Below, piece after piece: positions 55,684 to 64,000 of a DNA stretch of 64,000 bases. The position numbers and the translations under genes are program-made. A model generated the notes under the pieces. It had not been told where the DNA came from, did not search any database, and was given only the letters and a program-made list of their open reading frames with translations. The DNA is from Oscillospiraceae bacterium (GTDB lineage Bacteria > Bacillota > Clostridia > Oscillospirales > Acutalibacteraceae): positions 488 through 64,487 of the forward strand of contig SVPV01000011.1 in NCBI GenBank assembly GCA_015065725.1, given 5' to 3'. Position 1 is the first letter of the stretch. Each line of letters starts with the position of its first letter.

Positions 55684-55718
55684 AAAGGCTATAAAACTAT
55701 TGCCGAAAATTTCAGGGT

Positions 55719-55746
55719 GGGACGCATTGTGCGTTCCTTTTTTGTT
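55719..55746 (+). terminator. Riboswitch expression-platform terminator
   Basis: GGGACGC-ATTGT-GCGTTCC followed by TTTTTTGTTTT, 18 nt before the yhhQ ATG. Confidence 0.7.
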
Positions 55747-55763
55747 TTATAGAAATATAAAAA

Positions 55764-56513
55764 ATGATTAAAAAAATTAAAAATTATTTTTATGAGCTAG
55801 GTCTTTTAATCCGCTCGGTACCGTCACTTGTTTTAGCGGTGTTTATACTAACGGTGTTTTCGATGAATTTGCTTGCAAACAAAAGTATAAACTTGCCTAT
55901 CGATTGGTTGGCACTTGATTGCGGTATGATAATATCTTGGGTCTGCTTTCTTATAATGGATATTATAACTAAGCACTTCGGTCCCAAAGCTGCTACCGAG
56001 TTGTCGGTTATAGCTACACTTTTAAATCTTGCCGCCTGCCTTATATTTTTTGCCGTAAGCCTAATTGACGGGCAGTGGTCTGCATCATTTGTCGGCGGTG
56101 ACGGCAACAATACCGTTATCAACAATGCCCTTGACCGTACCTTTGGCGGCACTTGGTATGTAATTATTGGAAGTGCATTTGCATTTTTAATATCATCGGC
56201 GGTAAACAATTTTACTAACTTTTTAGTGGGTAAGGCATTTAAAAATTCCGATAAATACTCGGTATATGTGCTGAGAAGCTACATTTCAACCGCCCTCGGT
56301 CAGTTTGTAGATAACTTTGTTTTCTCGCTACTTGTAAGTCATTTCTTTTTTGGGTGGTCTGTTTTAGAGTGTATCACTTGTTCGCTTACAGGTATGGCTG
56401 TAGAATTACTTTGCGAGGCAGTATTTGCCCGTCTCGGATATAAAATTTGCCAAAAATGGAAAAACAACAAGGTAGGCGAGGAATATTTAGCCTACAGATT
56501 GGAGAAAAAATGA
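55764..56513 (+). CDS. yhhQ: Queuosine-precursor transporter (YhhQ/DUF165 family)
   Basis: Six to seven TM segments. MDIITKHFGPKAA and VDNFVFSLL resemble E. coli YhhQ segments. preQ1 riboswitch upstream. Confidence 0.75.
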   Translation: MIKKIKNYFYELGLLIRSVPSLVLAVFILTVFSMNLLANKSINLPIDWLALDCGMIISWVCFLIMDIITKHFGPKAATELSVIATLLNLAACLIFFAVSLIDGQWSASFVGGDGNNTVINNALDRTFGGTWYVIIGSAFAFLISSAVNNFTNFLVGKAFKNSDKYSVYVLRSYISTALGQFVDNFVFSLLVSHFFFGWSVLECITCSLTGMAVELLCEAVFARLGYKICQKWKNNKVGEEYLAYRLEKK

Positions 56514-57157
56514 AGATACTGATAACAGGTACTACAAGTGGAATAGGCAAAGCTATTGCTGAAAAATTTTTAAATAGCGGACACACCGTTGTGGGACTTG
56601 ATATTTTAGAAAGTTCTATTGAAAACAAAAACTATACACATATAGTAGCCAATATCACCGATACAGCTTTGCCCGAAATAGAGGGTGTAAACATACTTAT
56701 AAATAATGCAGGTGTGCAAGATAGCGGCAAAGATATTGAAATAAACCTTAAAGGCACTATAAATGTAACCGAAAAATACGCCTTTAGGGAGGAGATTAAA
56801 AGCGTACTGTTTATAGCCTCGGCTAGCGGTCAGACGGGTGCAGAATTCCCAGAATACGCCGCAAGCAAGGGCGGTATGATAGCTTATATGAAAAATGTCG
56901 CACTTCGTCTTGCAGAATACGGTGCTACCTCGAACAGTCTGTCCCCCGGCGGCGTGATGACAAAATCCAACTCGCATGTTATAGATAACCCGGAGCTTTG
57001 GCAGGCGGTTATGAATGAAACTCTGCTACCAAAATGGGCTAGTGCAGAAGAAATTGCCGAATGGGCATATTTTATGACCGTAACAAACAAATCAATGACC
57101 GCACAAGACATACTTGTAGACAACGGCGAATCCGCAAAATCAAACTTTGTGTGGTAA
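56510..57157 (+). CDS. Short-chain dehydrogenase/reductase (SDR)
   Basis: TGTTSGIGKA (TGxxxGxG) and YAASK (YxxxK). ATG 56510 overlaps the yhhQ stop (ATGA) and follows a GGAG RBS. Confidence 0.85.
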   Translation: MKILITGTTSGIGKAIAEKFLNSGHTVVGLDILESSIENKNYTHIVANITDTALPEIEGVNILINNAGVQDSGKDIEINLKGTINVTEKYAFREEIKSVLFIASASGQTGAEFPEYAASKGGMIAYMKNVALRLAEYGATSNSLSPGGVMTKSNSHVIDNPELWQAVMNETLLPKWASAEEIAEWAYFMTVTNKSMTAQDILVDNGESAKSNFVW

Positions 57158-57180
57158 AAAAATTTAATCGATACAAAAAA

Positions 57181-57207
57181 CACCGCAAGGAATCATTCCT
57201 TGCGGTG
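57181..57207. terminator. Bidirectional terminator between SDR and gap
   Basis: CACCGCAAGGAA-TCA-TTCCTTGCGGTG with an A-run and a T-run on either side. Confidence 0.8.
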
Positions 57208-57230
57208 TTTTAGTTAACCAATAACTTTAA

Positions 57231-58241
57231 TTAGATTTCAGCAAAGTACTTGATTGTACGAACCATCTGGCTTGTGTAGCTGTTCTCGTTATCATACCAA
57301 GAAACAACCTGTACCTGATAGGTATCATCATCAATCTTAGTAACCATTGTCTGAGTAGCATCAAATAAAGAGCCGTATGTGATACCGATGATATCAGAAG
57401 ATACTAACTGCTCTTCAGTGTAGCCGAAGGAAGCACTTGACGCAGCCTTCATAGCAGCGTTGATGCCTTCAACAGTAACGTCCTTGCCCTTAACAACAGC
57501 AACAAGGATAGTAGTAGAACCTGTCGGAACAGGAACACGCTGTGCAGAACCGATAAGCTTGCCGTTAAGCTCAGGAATTACAAGGCCGATAGCCTTAGCA
57601 GCACCTGTAGAGTTAGGAACGATGTTGCAAGCAGCAGCACGTGCACGACGAAGGTCACCCTTTCTGTGAGGACCGTCAAGTACCATCTGGTCGCCTGTCC
57701 AAGCGTGAACAGTAGTCATAATACCGCTCTGGATAGGAGCATACTTGTTAAGAGTGTCAGCCATAGGAGCTAGACAGTTAGTTGTGCAGGAAGCAGCAGA
57801 GATGATTTTGTCATCAGCTGTAAGAGTGTTCTCGTTTACGCTGTAAACGATAGTGGGAAGGTCCTTACCTGCGGGAGCAGAAATAACAACCTTTTTAGCA
57901 CCTGCATCAATGTGAGCCTGTGACTTTTCTTTAGAGCAGTAGAAACCTGTGCACTCGAGAACTACGTCTACACCGATTTCACCCCAAGGAAGATCAGCAG
58001 CATTCTTTTCAGCATAAATTTTGATTGTCTTACCGTCAACAGTGATGCTGTCTTCACCTGCAACTACGGTATCAGCAAGAGCATATCTGCCCTGTGCAGA
58101 GTCGTACTTTAAAAGGTGAGCGAGCATTGCAGGGCTTGTAAGGTCGTTGATAGCAACAACTTCATAACCCTCTGCACCGAACATCTGACGGAATGCGAGA
58201 CGGCCAATACGGCCAAAACCATTAATAGCAACTTTAACCAT
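57231..58241 (-). CDS. gap: Type I glyceraldehyde-3-phosphate dehydrogenase
   Basis: INGFGRIGR, active-site SCTTNC. 336 aa. Confidence 0.96.
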   Translation of the reverse strand: MVKVAINGFGRIGRLAFRQMFGAEGYEVVAINDLTSPAMLAHLLKYDSAQGRYALADTVVAGEDSITVDGKTIKIYAEKNAADLPWGEIGVDVVLECTGFYCSKEKSQAHIDAGAKKVVISAPAGKDLPTIVYSVNENTLTADDKIISAASCTTNCLAPMADTLNKYAPIQSGIMTTVHAWTGDQMVLDGPHRKGDLRRARAAACNIVPNSTGAAKAIGLVIPELNGKLIGSAQRVPVPTGSTTILVAVVKGKDVTVEGINAAMKAASSASFGYTEEQLVSSDIIGITYGSLFDATQTMVTKIDDDTYQVQVVSWYDNENSYTSQMVRTIKYFAEI

Positions 58242-58447
58242 TGGAAAAACCTCCTAATAATTTTCTGTATATTATTTTAACCCAAAAGCTGATTTTTTGC
58301 AAGTCATTTTGTCATAATTTTAACGATTTTTTGGGGTATTATAGAAATTTTGGTATGTTTGTGAGTATTGAATGGTTAAGATTTAAAATTTTGTGCAAAA
58401 TGTTGCCGTGAAATGATGAGTTATACTATCTAGCAAAATACATATCC

Positions 58448-59596
58448 TCATTTGATTTTTTTTAAAATTTGATTTTTGTTTTTTTCGAACTCTTCTTCTG
58501 TTATTATTCCATCACGTAAATATTTTTTCATTCTTGCTACTTTTTTGTAACATTTTTCTTTATAAGTTATACTAGCATATTTTTTCGGAAGAAAAAAATC
58601 AACGTAAAAAAACAAACTTCCATTAACGATACTTATAATAGCAAAAAACAATACAATCGGTATTATCGCTTTTATATTTTCAACAATCAAAAAGAGAGCC
58701 AAACTAAATGAAACTATCCCAAAAGCCACAAACATAATAAAGAAAATTTTTGAAATAACACTTGGTTGTGTTGTTCTGATTTTTATTGCTTCGTCATGCA
58801 AAATCGAAAGTTTATGTTCAAGTTTGCAACCGCAATATTGACAAAATTCACTGTCACTAGGAAGTAACATTCCACAAACATTACATTTTATTCCGTAGAA
58901 ATCGTCCTTCGTCATATCAACTTGACATTGCTGTTTGGAATTTTCGAAATCGCTTTTGGTTGTATTGATTTTTTTTAAAACATTTAGTGCCCAATTTCTA
59001 TCAACTATAAAATCGTCATTGTTTAAAAGCAAATCCTCCATTAGAACTTTAATGTCATTGTAGTTAGACAATTCCACCTCTGTAGAAAGATCACGATTTC
59101 CTATAACTTGAAGATAAAATTTATCATCACTCTTGTACATTAGCACGTCTTCAACTTTTAAGTCGGAATATTGATTTTCTGCTTGTTGTACATATACGAG
59201 TTTTAAGACTTCGACTACACGATCATCAAGACCGTTTTCAAAAATAATCGCCTTCTCCCGCAAAACGTTTGCGGACCTAACAATTCTATATGTGTATTTT
59301 TCATCGTTCTTTAAAAAGTTTTTTTGCAAAGCAAACGTCTTTTTGGCTTCTTCTATGTCGTTTGGAGTAGGAGAAAGATAAATCATTATTCCATCATTCA
59401 TTTCGTGATATAATAATGGATAACATAAATTATTACTTGTGCCGCATTTAGGACAAGTAAAGTTTAAAAGTGTTCCTTCTAACAGCGACTTTTTTTCAGT
59501 GGGATTCATTTCCGTATTCAAACTTTGCCATACATTAATGTTTTCTTTGTAGCCACATGAAGGACAAACAATTTCTTCTTTATGTACAATCGACAT
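58448..59596 (-). CDS. CpXC-domain protein fused to zinc ribbon, TM helices and C-terminal SHOCT domain
   Basis: CPSCG...CPKCG (CpXC pattern), a second ribbon CNVCGMLLPSDSEFCQYCG, two to three TM helices, and the C-terminal LRDGIITEEEFEKNKNQIL (SHOCT). Confidence 0.65.
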   Translation of the reverse strand: MSIVHKEEIVCPSCGYKENINVWQSLNTEMNPTEKKSLLEGTLLNFTCPKCGTSNNLCYPLLYHEMNDGIMIYLSPTPNDIEEAKKTFALQKNFLKNDEKYTYRIVRSANVLREKAIIFENGLDDRVVEVLKLVYVQQAENQYSDLKVEDVLMYKSDDKFYLQVIGNRDLSTEVELSNYNDIKVLMEDLLLNNDDFIVDRNWALNVLKKINTTKSDFENSKQQCQVDMTKDDFYGIKCNVCGMLLPSDSEFCQYCGCKLEHKLSILHDEAIKIRTTQPSVISKIFFIMFVAFGIVSFSLALFLIVENIKAIIPIVLFFAIISIVNGSLFFYVDFFLPKKYASITYKEKCYKKVARMKKYLRDGIITEEEFEKNKNQILKKIK

Positions 59597-59614
59597 AATG
59601 CAACCTCCTTTTAT

Positions 59615-60226
59615 TTAAACACAAGAGCGAAACTCTACTACTTCTGTACCGCAATTACTACAGACCTTTTCATTTTCCAATAGCTTTTTTCCACATTTTC
59701 TGCAAAAAAGCACTTTTTCTGTCCGAAAAACTTTAGTGGTATTTTTATGTAAGGAAATTTCTTTTTTCTTTTTTTTAAAATTAAATTCGCTTCCCCCAAC
59801 AGTTAAAACCATTCGTTTATCAAAATATTTAACATTTATTCGATACCATAAAAAATAGAGCATTAGAAATATTATTAACGAAGAAGCAAAAGCATAACCG
59901 AAATTAAAATCATTTTCTATGTACAGTTTTACTCCTTGGTGATATGTCGTACTTACAGTTTCGAAAAATAGCACCAATTTTACGAATTGGACAAACTTAA
60001 TATAATCTCCGTTAGATTTTATATAAACCAATATACTGAGAATAGGTTGTATAATTGCAAACGAAAGATAAAGTAATAACCACCAACTACTCATATAGAC
60101 TTCCGTATGTTGTAAAAAGTCAACAATAGTCGAAAAAGTAAAAACACATGCCAACCAAGGCCTGATTCTTGTATAAAAAACATACCATTTAATACCAAGA
60201 TGTGTGTTCATATTTAACGTATTCAT
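59615..60226 (-). CDS. Hypothetical 4-TM membrane protein with C-terminal zinc ribbon
   Basis: Hydrophobic N-terminal two thirds. C-terminal VLFCRKCGKKLLENEKVCSNCG, the same module as at the C-terminus of the 19390-20622 protein. Confidence 0.55.
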   Translation of the reverse strand: MNTLNMNTHLGIKWYVFYTRIRPWLACVFTFSTIVDFLQHTEVYMSSWWLLLYLSFAIIQPILSILVYIKSNGDYIKFVQFVKLVLFFETVSTTYHQGVKLYIENDFNFGYAFASSLIIFLMLYFLWYRINVKYFDKRMVLTVGGSEFNFKKKKKEISLHKNTTKVFRTEKVLFCRKCGKKLLENEKVCSNCGTEVVEFRSCV

Positions 60227-60378
60227 TTTTTATCCTCCATTACAAGTATAATATTTTATTTTGACGTAAGATTAAAATTGTGTGCTGCTTTGTTCACAAT
60301 TTTGTAGTAGAATCGAGAAAAATATACATATTGAAAATCAATAATCCAAAACAAATAAAAATGCTTCTTTAAATTTTT

Positions 60379-61947
60379 CTATAAAAAGGATTCTATCACC
60401 GCTTCGGCAACACGAATACCGTCTACCGCCGCCGACATAATACCGCCGGCATACCCTGCACCCTCTCCCGTGGGGTAAAGTCCGCCGTAGGTTTTGCTTT
60501 GATAATTTTCGGTTCTTAATATCCTTACAGGTGACGAGCTTCTGGTTTCGGGTGCTGTAAGTACAGCCGACTTATCGGCAAAGCCTTTTATTTTTTTATC
60601 GAATTCTAAAATTCCTTCTTTTAAACTGTCGGTTATAAATTCGGGGAAAATTTCACTAAAATCCGCCTTTATGCAGTTAGGCTTAACGGTAGGCTCAACC
60701 TTACTGTCACCACTTTGACCGAAAAGAAATTCGCCGACAGTAGTAACGGGTACCGCACCGCCGCCTATATTATAAGCCGCTCTTTCAATTTCACGCTGAA
60801 AATAGCAGCCTGCTAAAACGTCATCTTCGGAAAAATCCTCAGGCTCAACCGACACCAGCACCGCACTGTTAGCGTTTTTACCGTCGCGTCGGCTCTCGCT
60901 CATTCCGTTGACTGCAAGACCGCCCTCTTCACTCGAGGCGTTTACAACCTCACCGCCCGGACACATACAAAAAGTATATACCCCTCTGCCGTTTTTAAGA
61001 TGCACCGCCAATTTATAATCAGCCGCACCTAACGCCTTATGCTCGGCAAAATCTCCATAAAGAGCCTTGTTTATATCGGCCTGCAAATGCTCAATTCTAA
61101 CACCCATCGAAAAAGGTTTTTTAACCATTTCAATATTCTTTTGTTTTAAAAGTTCAAAGACATCTCTTGCACTGTGACCTGTGGCCAAAATTAGCTTGTC
61201 GGTTAAAATTTTCTCGCCGTTTACGGTAATTGACTCAAGCTTTCCGTCTAGAAAATCAATATCCTCTAGCTTATTTAAAAACCTTACCTCACCGCCGAGT
61301 GAAATTATTTCCTCCCTCAAGTTTTTAACCACATTTATTAAAACATCTGTGCCAATATGTGGCTTTGCGTATATTAAAATTTTGCTTGATGCACCAAACC
61401 TTACAAACTCTTTTAAGACAGCACGGCATCTATAGTCCTTGATACCTGTATTAAGCTTGCCGTCCGAAAAGGTGCCGGCACCGCCCTCACCAAATTGTAC
61501 GTTGGTTTCGGTATCAAGTTTTCCACCCTTAAAAAAGCTTTCAACTGCCGCTTTTCTTTCTTCTACTCTTGCACCGCGTTCAATTATAATAGGGCGAAGT
61601 CCCGCACGTGAAAGCGTTAAAGCCGCAAACATACCCGCAGGTCCAAAGCCTACAACGACAGGGCGGTTTTTTGGGGTTACAGCCGTTTTTTTAAAGGTGT
61701 ATTCTTGAGACTTATATATCTGTGCGTTTTTATTTTTCTTTAAAACCGCCGACTCATCACCCTTAACGGATATTAGCAGCGAACAGCAAAATTTTATATC
61801 ATTTTTATGCCTTGCATCTACCGATTTCCTGTAAAGCTCTGCCGACAAAACCTTTTCGAGCGGCATTTTTATAACCCTTGCCGCAATAGGTTTTAAAGAA
61901 CTAAAATCGGTATCAAGCGGTAAATTTACATTGTTTAAAAGTATCAT
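60379..61947 (-). CDS. NAD(P)/FAD-dependent oxidoreductase (COG2509-like)
   Basis: VVVGFGPAGMFAA dinucleotide-binding motif. 522 aa. Confidence 0.75.
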   Translation of the reverse strand: MILLNNVNLPLDTDFSSLKPIAARVIKMPLEKVLSAELYRKSVDARHKNDIKFCCSLLISVKGDESAVLKKNKNAQIYKSQEYTFKKTAVTPKNRPVVVGFGPAGMFAALTLSRAGLRPIIIERGARVEERKAAVESFFKGGKLDTETNVQFGEGGAGTFSDGKLNTGIKDYRCRAVLKEFVRFGASSKILIYAKPHIGTDVLINVVKNLREEIISLGGEVRFLNKLEDIDFLDGKLESITVNGEKILTDKLILATGHSARDVFELLKQKNIEMVKKPFSMGVRIEHLQADINKALYGDFAEHKALGAADYKLAVHLKNGRGVYTFCMCPGGEVVNASSEEGGLAVNGMSESRRDGKNANSAVLVSVEPEDFSEDDVLAGCYFQREIERAAYNIGGGAVPVTTVGEFLFGQSGDSKVEPTVKPNCIKADFSEIFPEFITDSLKEGILEFDKKIKGFADKSAVLTAPETRSSSPVRILRTENYQSKTYGGLYPTGEGAGYAGGIMSAAVDGIRVAEAVIESFL

Positions 61948-61955
61948 AAATCACC

Positions 61956-63182
61956 TTATAAGTTTTCTGTAATAGCATCTGCCGCACAAAGTGCACTCGA
62001 CCACGCCCACCTAAGATTAAATCCGCCGCAGTCACCGTCAATGTCAAGTATTTCACCAATAGCGTATAATCCCTTGTGCTTTTTAGACATCATAGTCTTA
62101 TCATTAAAGCTGTCGGTCTTCAGTCCGCCTGCCGTAACCTGTGAATTAATAAAGCCTGTGTTTCCCGTAACCTTAAAACTAAGAGATTTTATAAGTGCAG
62201 TAACTAGGCGTAAAGCTTTATCGTTTAAAATATCGGTATTATCGGAAAGCTTAAAGCCTGCCTGCTTTAAAATAGCCTGTCCTACACGTTTATTAAGTAA
62301 CCCTGTAAAAAATTCCTCAAGCGGTACGCTAGATAACGTCGATTTTCTTAATTTTAGCATATTAAAAAGACTGTCAAAATCATATTCGGGCATAATGTCA
62401 AGCTTAATATAGAATTCGCCCCCACCTCTTGCGGTTTCACGGGAAAGCTGCATTATAGGCGGTCCCGAAAGTCCATAATCACAGAAAAGCACCTCACCGT
62501 AATCACGTCTTATTACCTTACCGTCAAGCGTTAGCGAAACCTCAGCATTTACCTTAATTCCCTTTAATGATTTTGTAAGATTATTATCGGTTTTAAGCTG
62601 AACAATAGCGGGTGTAGTTTTAGAATACGAATAGCCTTTTTTCTTCATAATACCAAAAAACAAGCCGTCCGAGCCTAGTTTTTCGCCACCCGATAAAAGA
62701 CCTGTAGCAACAATTATATTTTTAGCCTTTATAACGGAGGTTTGTGTTTTTAGGGTATATAAACCGCCTGATAATTCAAAATCGGTAATCTTGGTATCGG
62801 TCAAAAGCTCGACGCCTAAACGCTCTGCCCCGAAACGAAGTACATCTACTACAGACGAAGCTTGTAGCGAATAAGGGTACGCCTTTTCGCCCTCGTATGT
62901 AAACAAGAGACCTAAGTCACCGAAAAAAGCGGCTATTTTGTCGTTATCATATTTTTCTAAAGCATAACTTGCAAACTCTATGTTTTCACCGTGATAACGC
63001 TCAAGTGTGCAGTTTTTATTTGTAATATTGCATCTGCCGTTGCCTGTGGTTATAAGCTTTTTGCCCACGCGGGATAGCTGCTCTGCTAAACCGACTACCG
63101 CATCGCTTTTTTGTTTTTTAATCTGTATAGCCGCACAAAGTCCTGCCGCACCGCCGCCGATAACTAACACATCATATATCAT
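61956..63182 (-). CDS. HI0933/BaiN-like FAD-dependent oxidoreductase
   Basis: VLVIGGGAAGLCAA N-terminus; length and C-terminal TAGG...GEILDIDGDCGGFNL pattern recalled from the HI0933 family. Confidence 0.75.
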   Translation of the reverse strand: MIYDVLVIGGGAAGLCAAIQIKKQKSDAVVGLAEQLSRVGKKLITTGNGRCNITNKNCTLERYHGENIEFASYALEKYDNDKIAAFFGDLGLLFTYEGEKAYPYSLQASSVVDVLRFGAERLGVELLTDTKITDFELSGGLYTLKTQTSVIKAKNIIVATGLLSGGEKLGSDGLFFGIMKKKGYSYSKTTPAIVQLKTDNNLTKSLKGIKVNAEVSLTLDGKVIRRDYGEVLFCDYGLSGPPIMQLSRETARGGGEFYIKLDIMPEYDFDSLFNMLKLRKSTLSSVPLEEFFTGLLNKRVGQAILKQAGFKLSDNTDILNDKALRLVTALIKSLSFKVTGNTGFINSQVTAGGLKTDSFNDKTMMSKKHKGLYAIGEILDIDGDCGGFNLRWAWSSALCAADAITENL

Positions 63183-63185
63183 AAA

Positions 63186-63911
63186 TTAATGCCTTTCTTC
63201 TGTGTTTGAATAGTTCTCGCAAAATCTTGCCATAAAGGACGGCTCCTCACCGCCTGCATAAAGATGAGAAACATCGCCAAATCCGTTACACCTAAAATAT
63301 GCCTTGCCCTGCTCTCTTTCTTCAGTTACAAGGGTTGTAACTGAAGACGGCAACGCCACAAATCCGTGCCAAATACATAAGGGTGAAATGTTTAAAATGT
63401 GTGAAAGGATTACTGCCTCAACCGCAAAATGACAAAAAAGTATTACCGTATCGCGATTTTCATTTAAAACATCGTAATATTTTCCGTTAAATTTGTATCC
63501 GTGTTTTTCTAATAGCTCGTCTATCCCGTCACATACCTTTTTATATTCTTCGGGTGTGTTGTCGCTTTGCATTATGGGGTTATTAAGCCATTCGTCATGG
63601 TGAAAAAGTTCATTATAAGCGGTCCAATAATGCGGTTTTAAATCCCAAGCATGCCGAAGACCGCCTTTTTCCTCATCGATAATTTTGCCCTCGAACTCAC
63701 GAAGCCAGTCGAGTGTCAGGGCGGTCATTCCCAATTTTTTAAGCGTAGGTTTCGAGGTATCCTGTGCCCTGCCTAAAGGTGAGCAGTAGCACGCCTTAAC
63801 GTTAAGCTTTGAAAGTCTTTCGGATAAAAGCTCCGCCTCTCTAAATCCCTTTTGGGTTAAACTGTCTATAGAATAATCAGGCTCCGCGTGCCTTACAATA
63901 ATCAATCTCAT
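63186..63911 (-). CDS. Histidine phosphatase (phosphoglycerate mutase) family protein
   Basis: LIIVRHAEP catalytic RHG-type motif. 241 aa. Confidence 0.8.
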   Translation of the reverse strand: MRLIIVRHAEPDYSIDSLTQKGFREAELLSERLSKLNVKACYCSPLGRAQDTSKPTLKKLGMTALTLDWLREFEGKIIDEEKGGLRHAWDLKPHYWTAYNELFHHDEWLNNPIMQSDNTPEEYKKVCDGIDELLEKHGYKFNGKYYDVLNENRDTVILFCHFAVEAVILSHILNISPLCIWHGFVALPSSVTTLVTEEREQGKAYFRCNGFGDVSHLYAGGEEPSFMARFCENYSNTEERH

Positions 63912-64000
63912 ACTAAACCCCCAACGCTAAATACATTCACTATCTAAATTATATATTATTTTAATCCCCCCGTCAACAAACAAAAGCCGAACCGCAGAAT

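Overview
This 64-kb chromosomal segment appears to come from a low-GC Gram-positive anaerobe. The Clostridia-like assignment is inferred from gene content only: a T-box leader, cdaA-cdaR, a Re-citrate-synthase/aconitase/IDH cluster, a YtvI-type membrane protein, and the lon-engB and DUF1934-argS pairs. I support about 60 protein genes, one tRNA-Arg(ACG), an Asn T-box leader, a preQ1-I riboswitch, several consensus sigma-A promoters and several intrinsic terminators.

The stand-out feature is an ~11.7-kb bacterial microcompartment (BMC) locus at 1358-13066.
- It has 8 shell genes: a PduU/EutS-like gene, five BMC-H genes, one BMC-P gene and a PduT-like BMC-T gene.
- Its only plausible aldehyde-generating signature enzyme is a class II (FucA/RhaD-type) aldolase.
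- The remaining genes are a Zn-alcohol dehydrogenase, a CoA-acylating aldehyde dehydrogenase, PduL, an acyl kinase, a PduS-like flavo-FeS protein, a DUF336 protein, a PduV/EutP GTPase and a DeoR regulator.
- Five cargo proteins carry recognisable amphipathic encapsulation-peptide helices.
- The logic matches the planctomycete PVM metabolosome. The parts list is more PDU-like, and no sugar isomerase, kinase or transporter genes are adjacent.

The second unusual area is the non-coding stretch 41866-43078, between tRNA-Arg, rpsT and mreB.
- It contains an array of different short perfect palindromes separated by a conserved 7-nt AT-rich spacer.
- It also contains two abutting ~276-279-bp elements bounded by inverted repeats. 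One of them ends in a tRNA-like T-arm/acceptor/CCA.
- An 80-nt module of this region is repeated at 91% identity inside the BMC locus.

Two visibly AT-richer islands (19.4-21.9 kb and 58.4-60.2 kb) each carry a pair of zinc-ribbon membrane proteins. The rest is housekeeping. I saw no transposase, integrase, CRISPR array or recognisable defence system.
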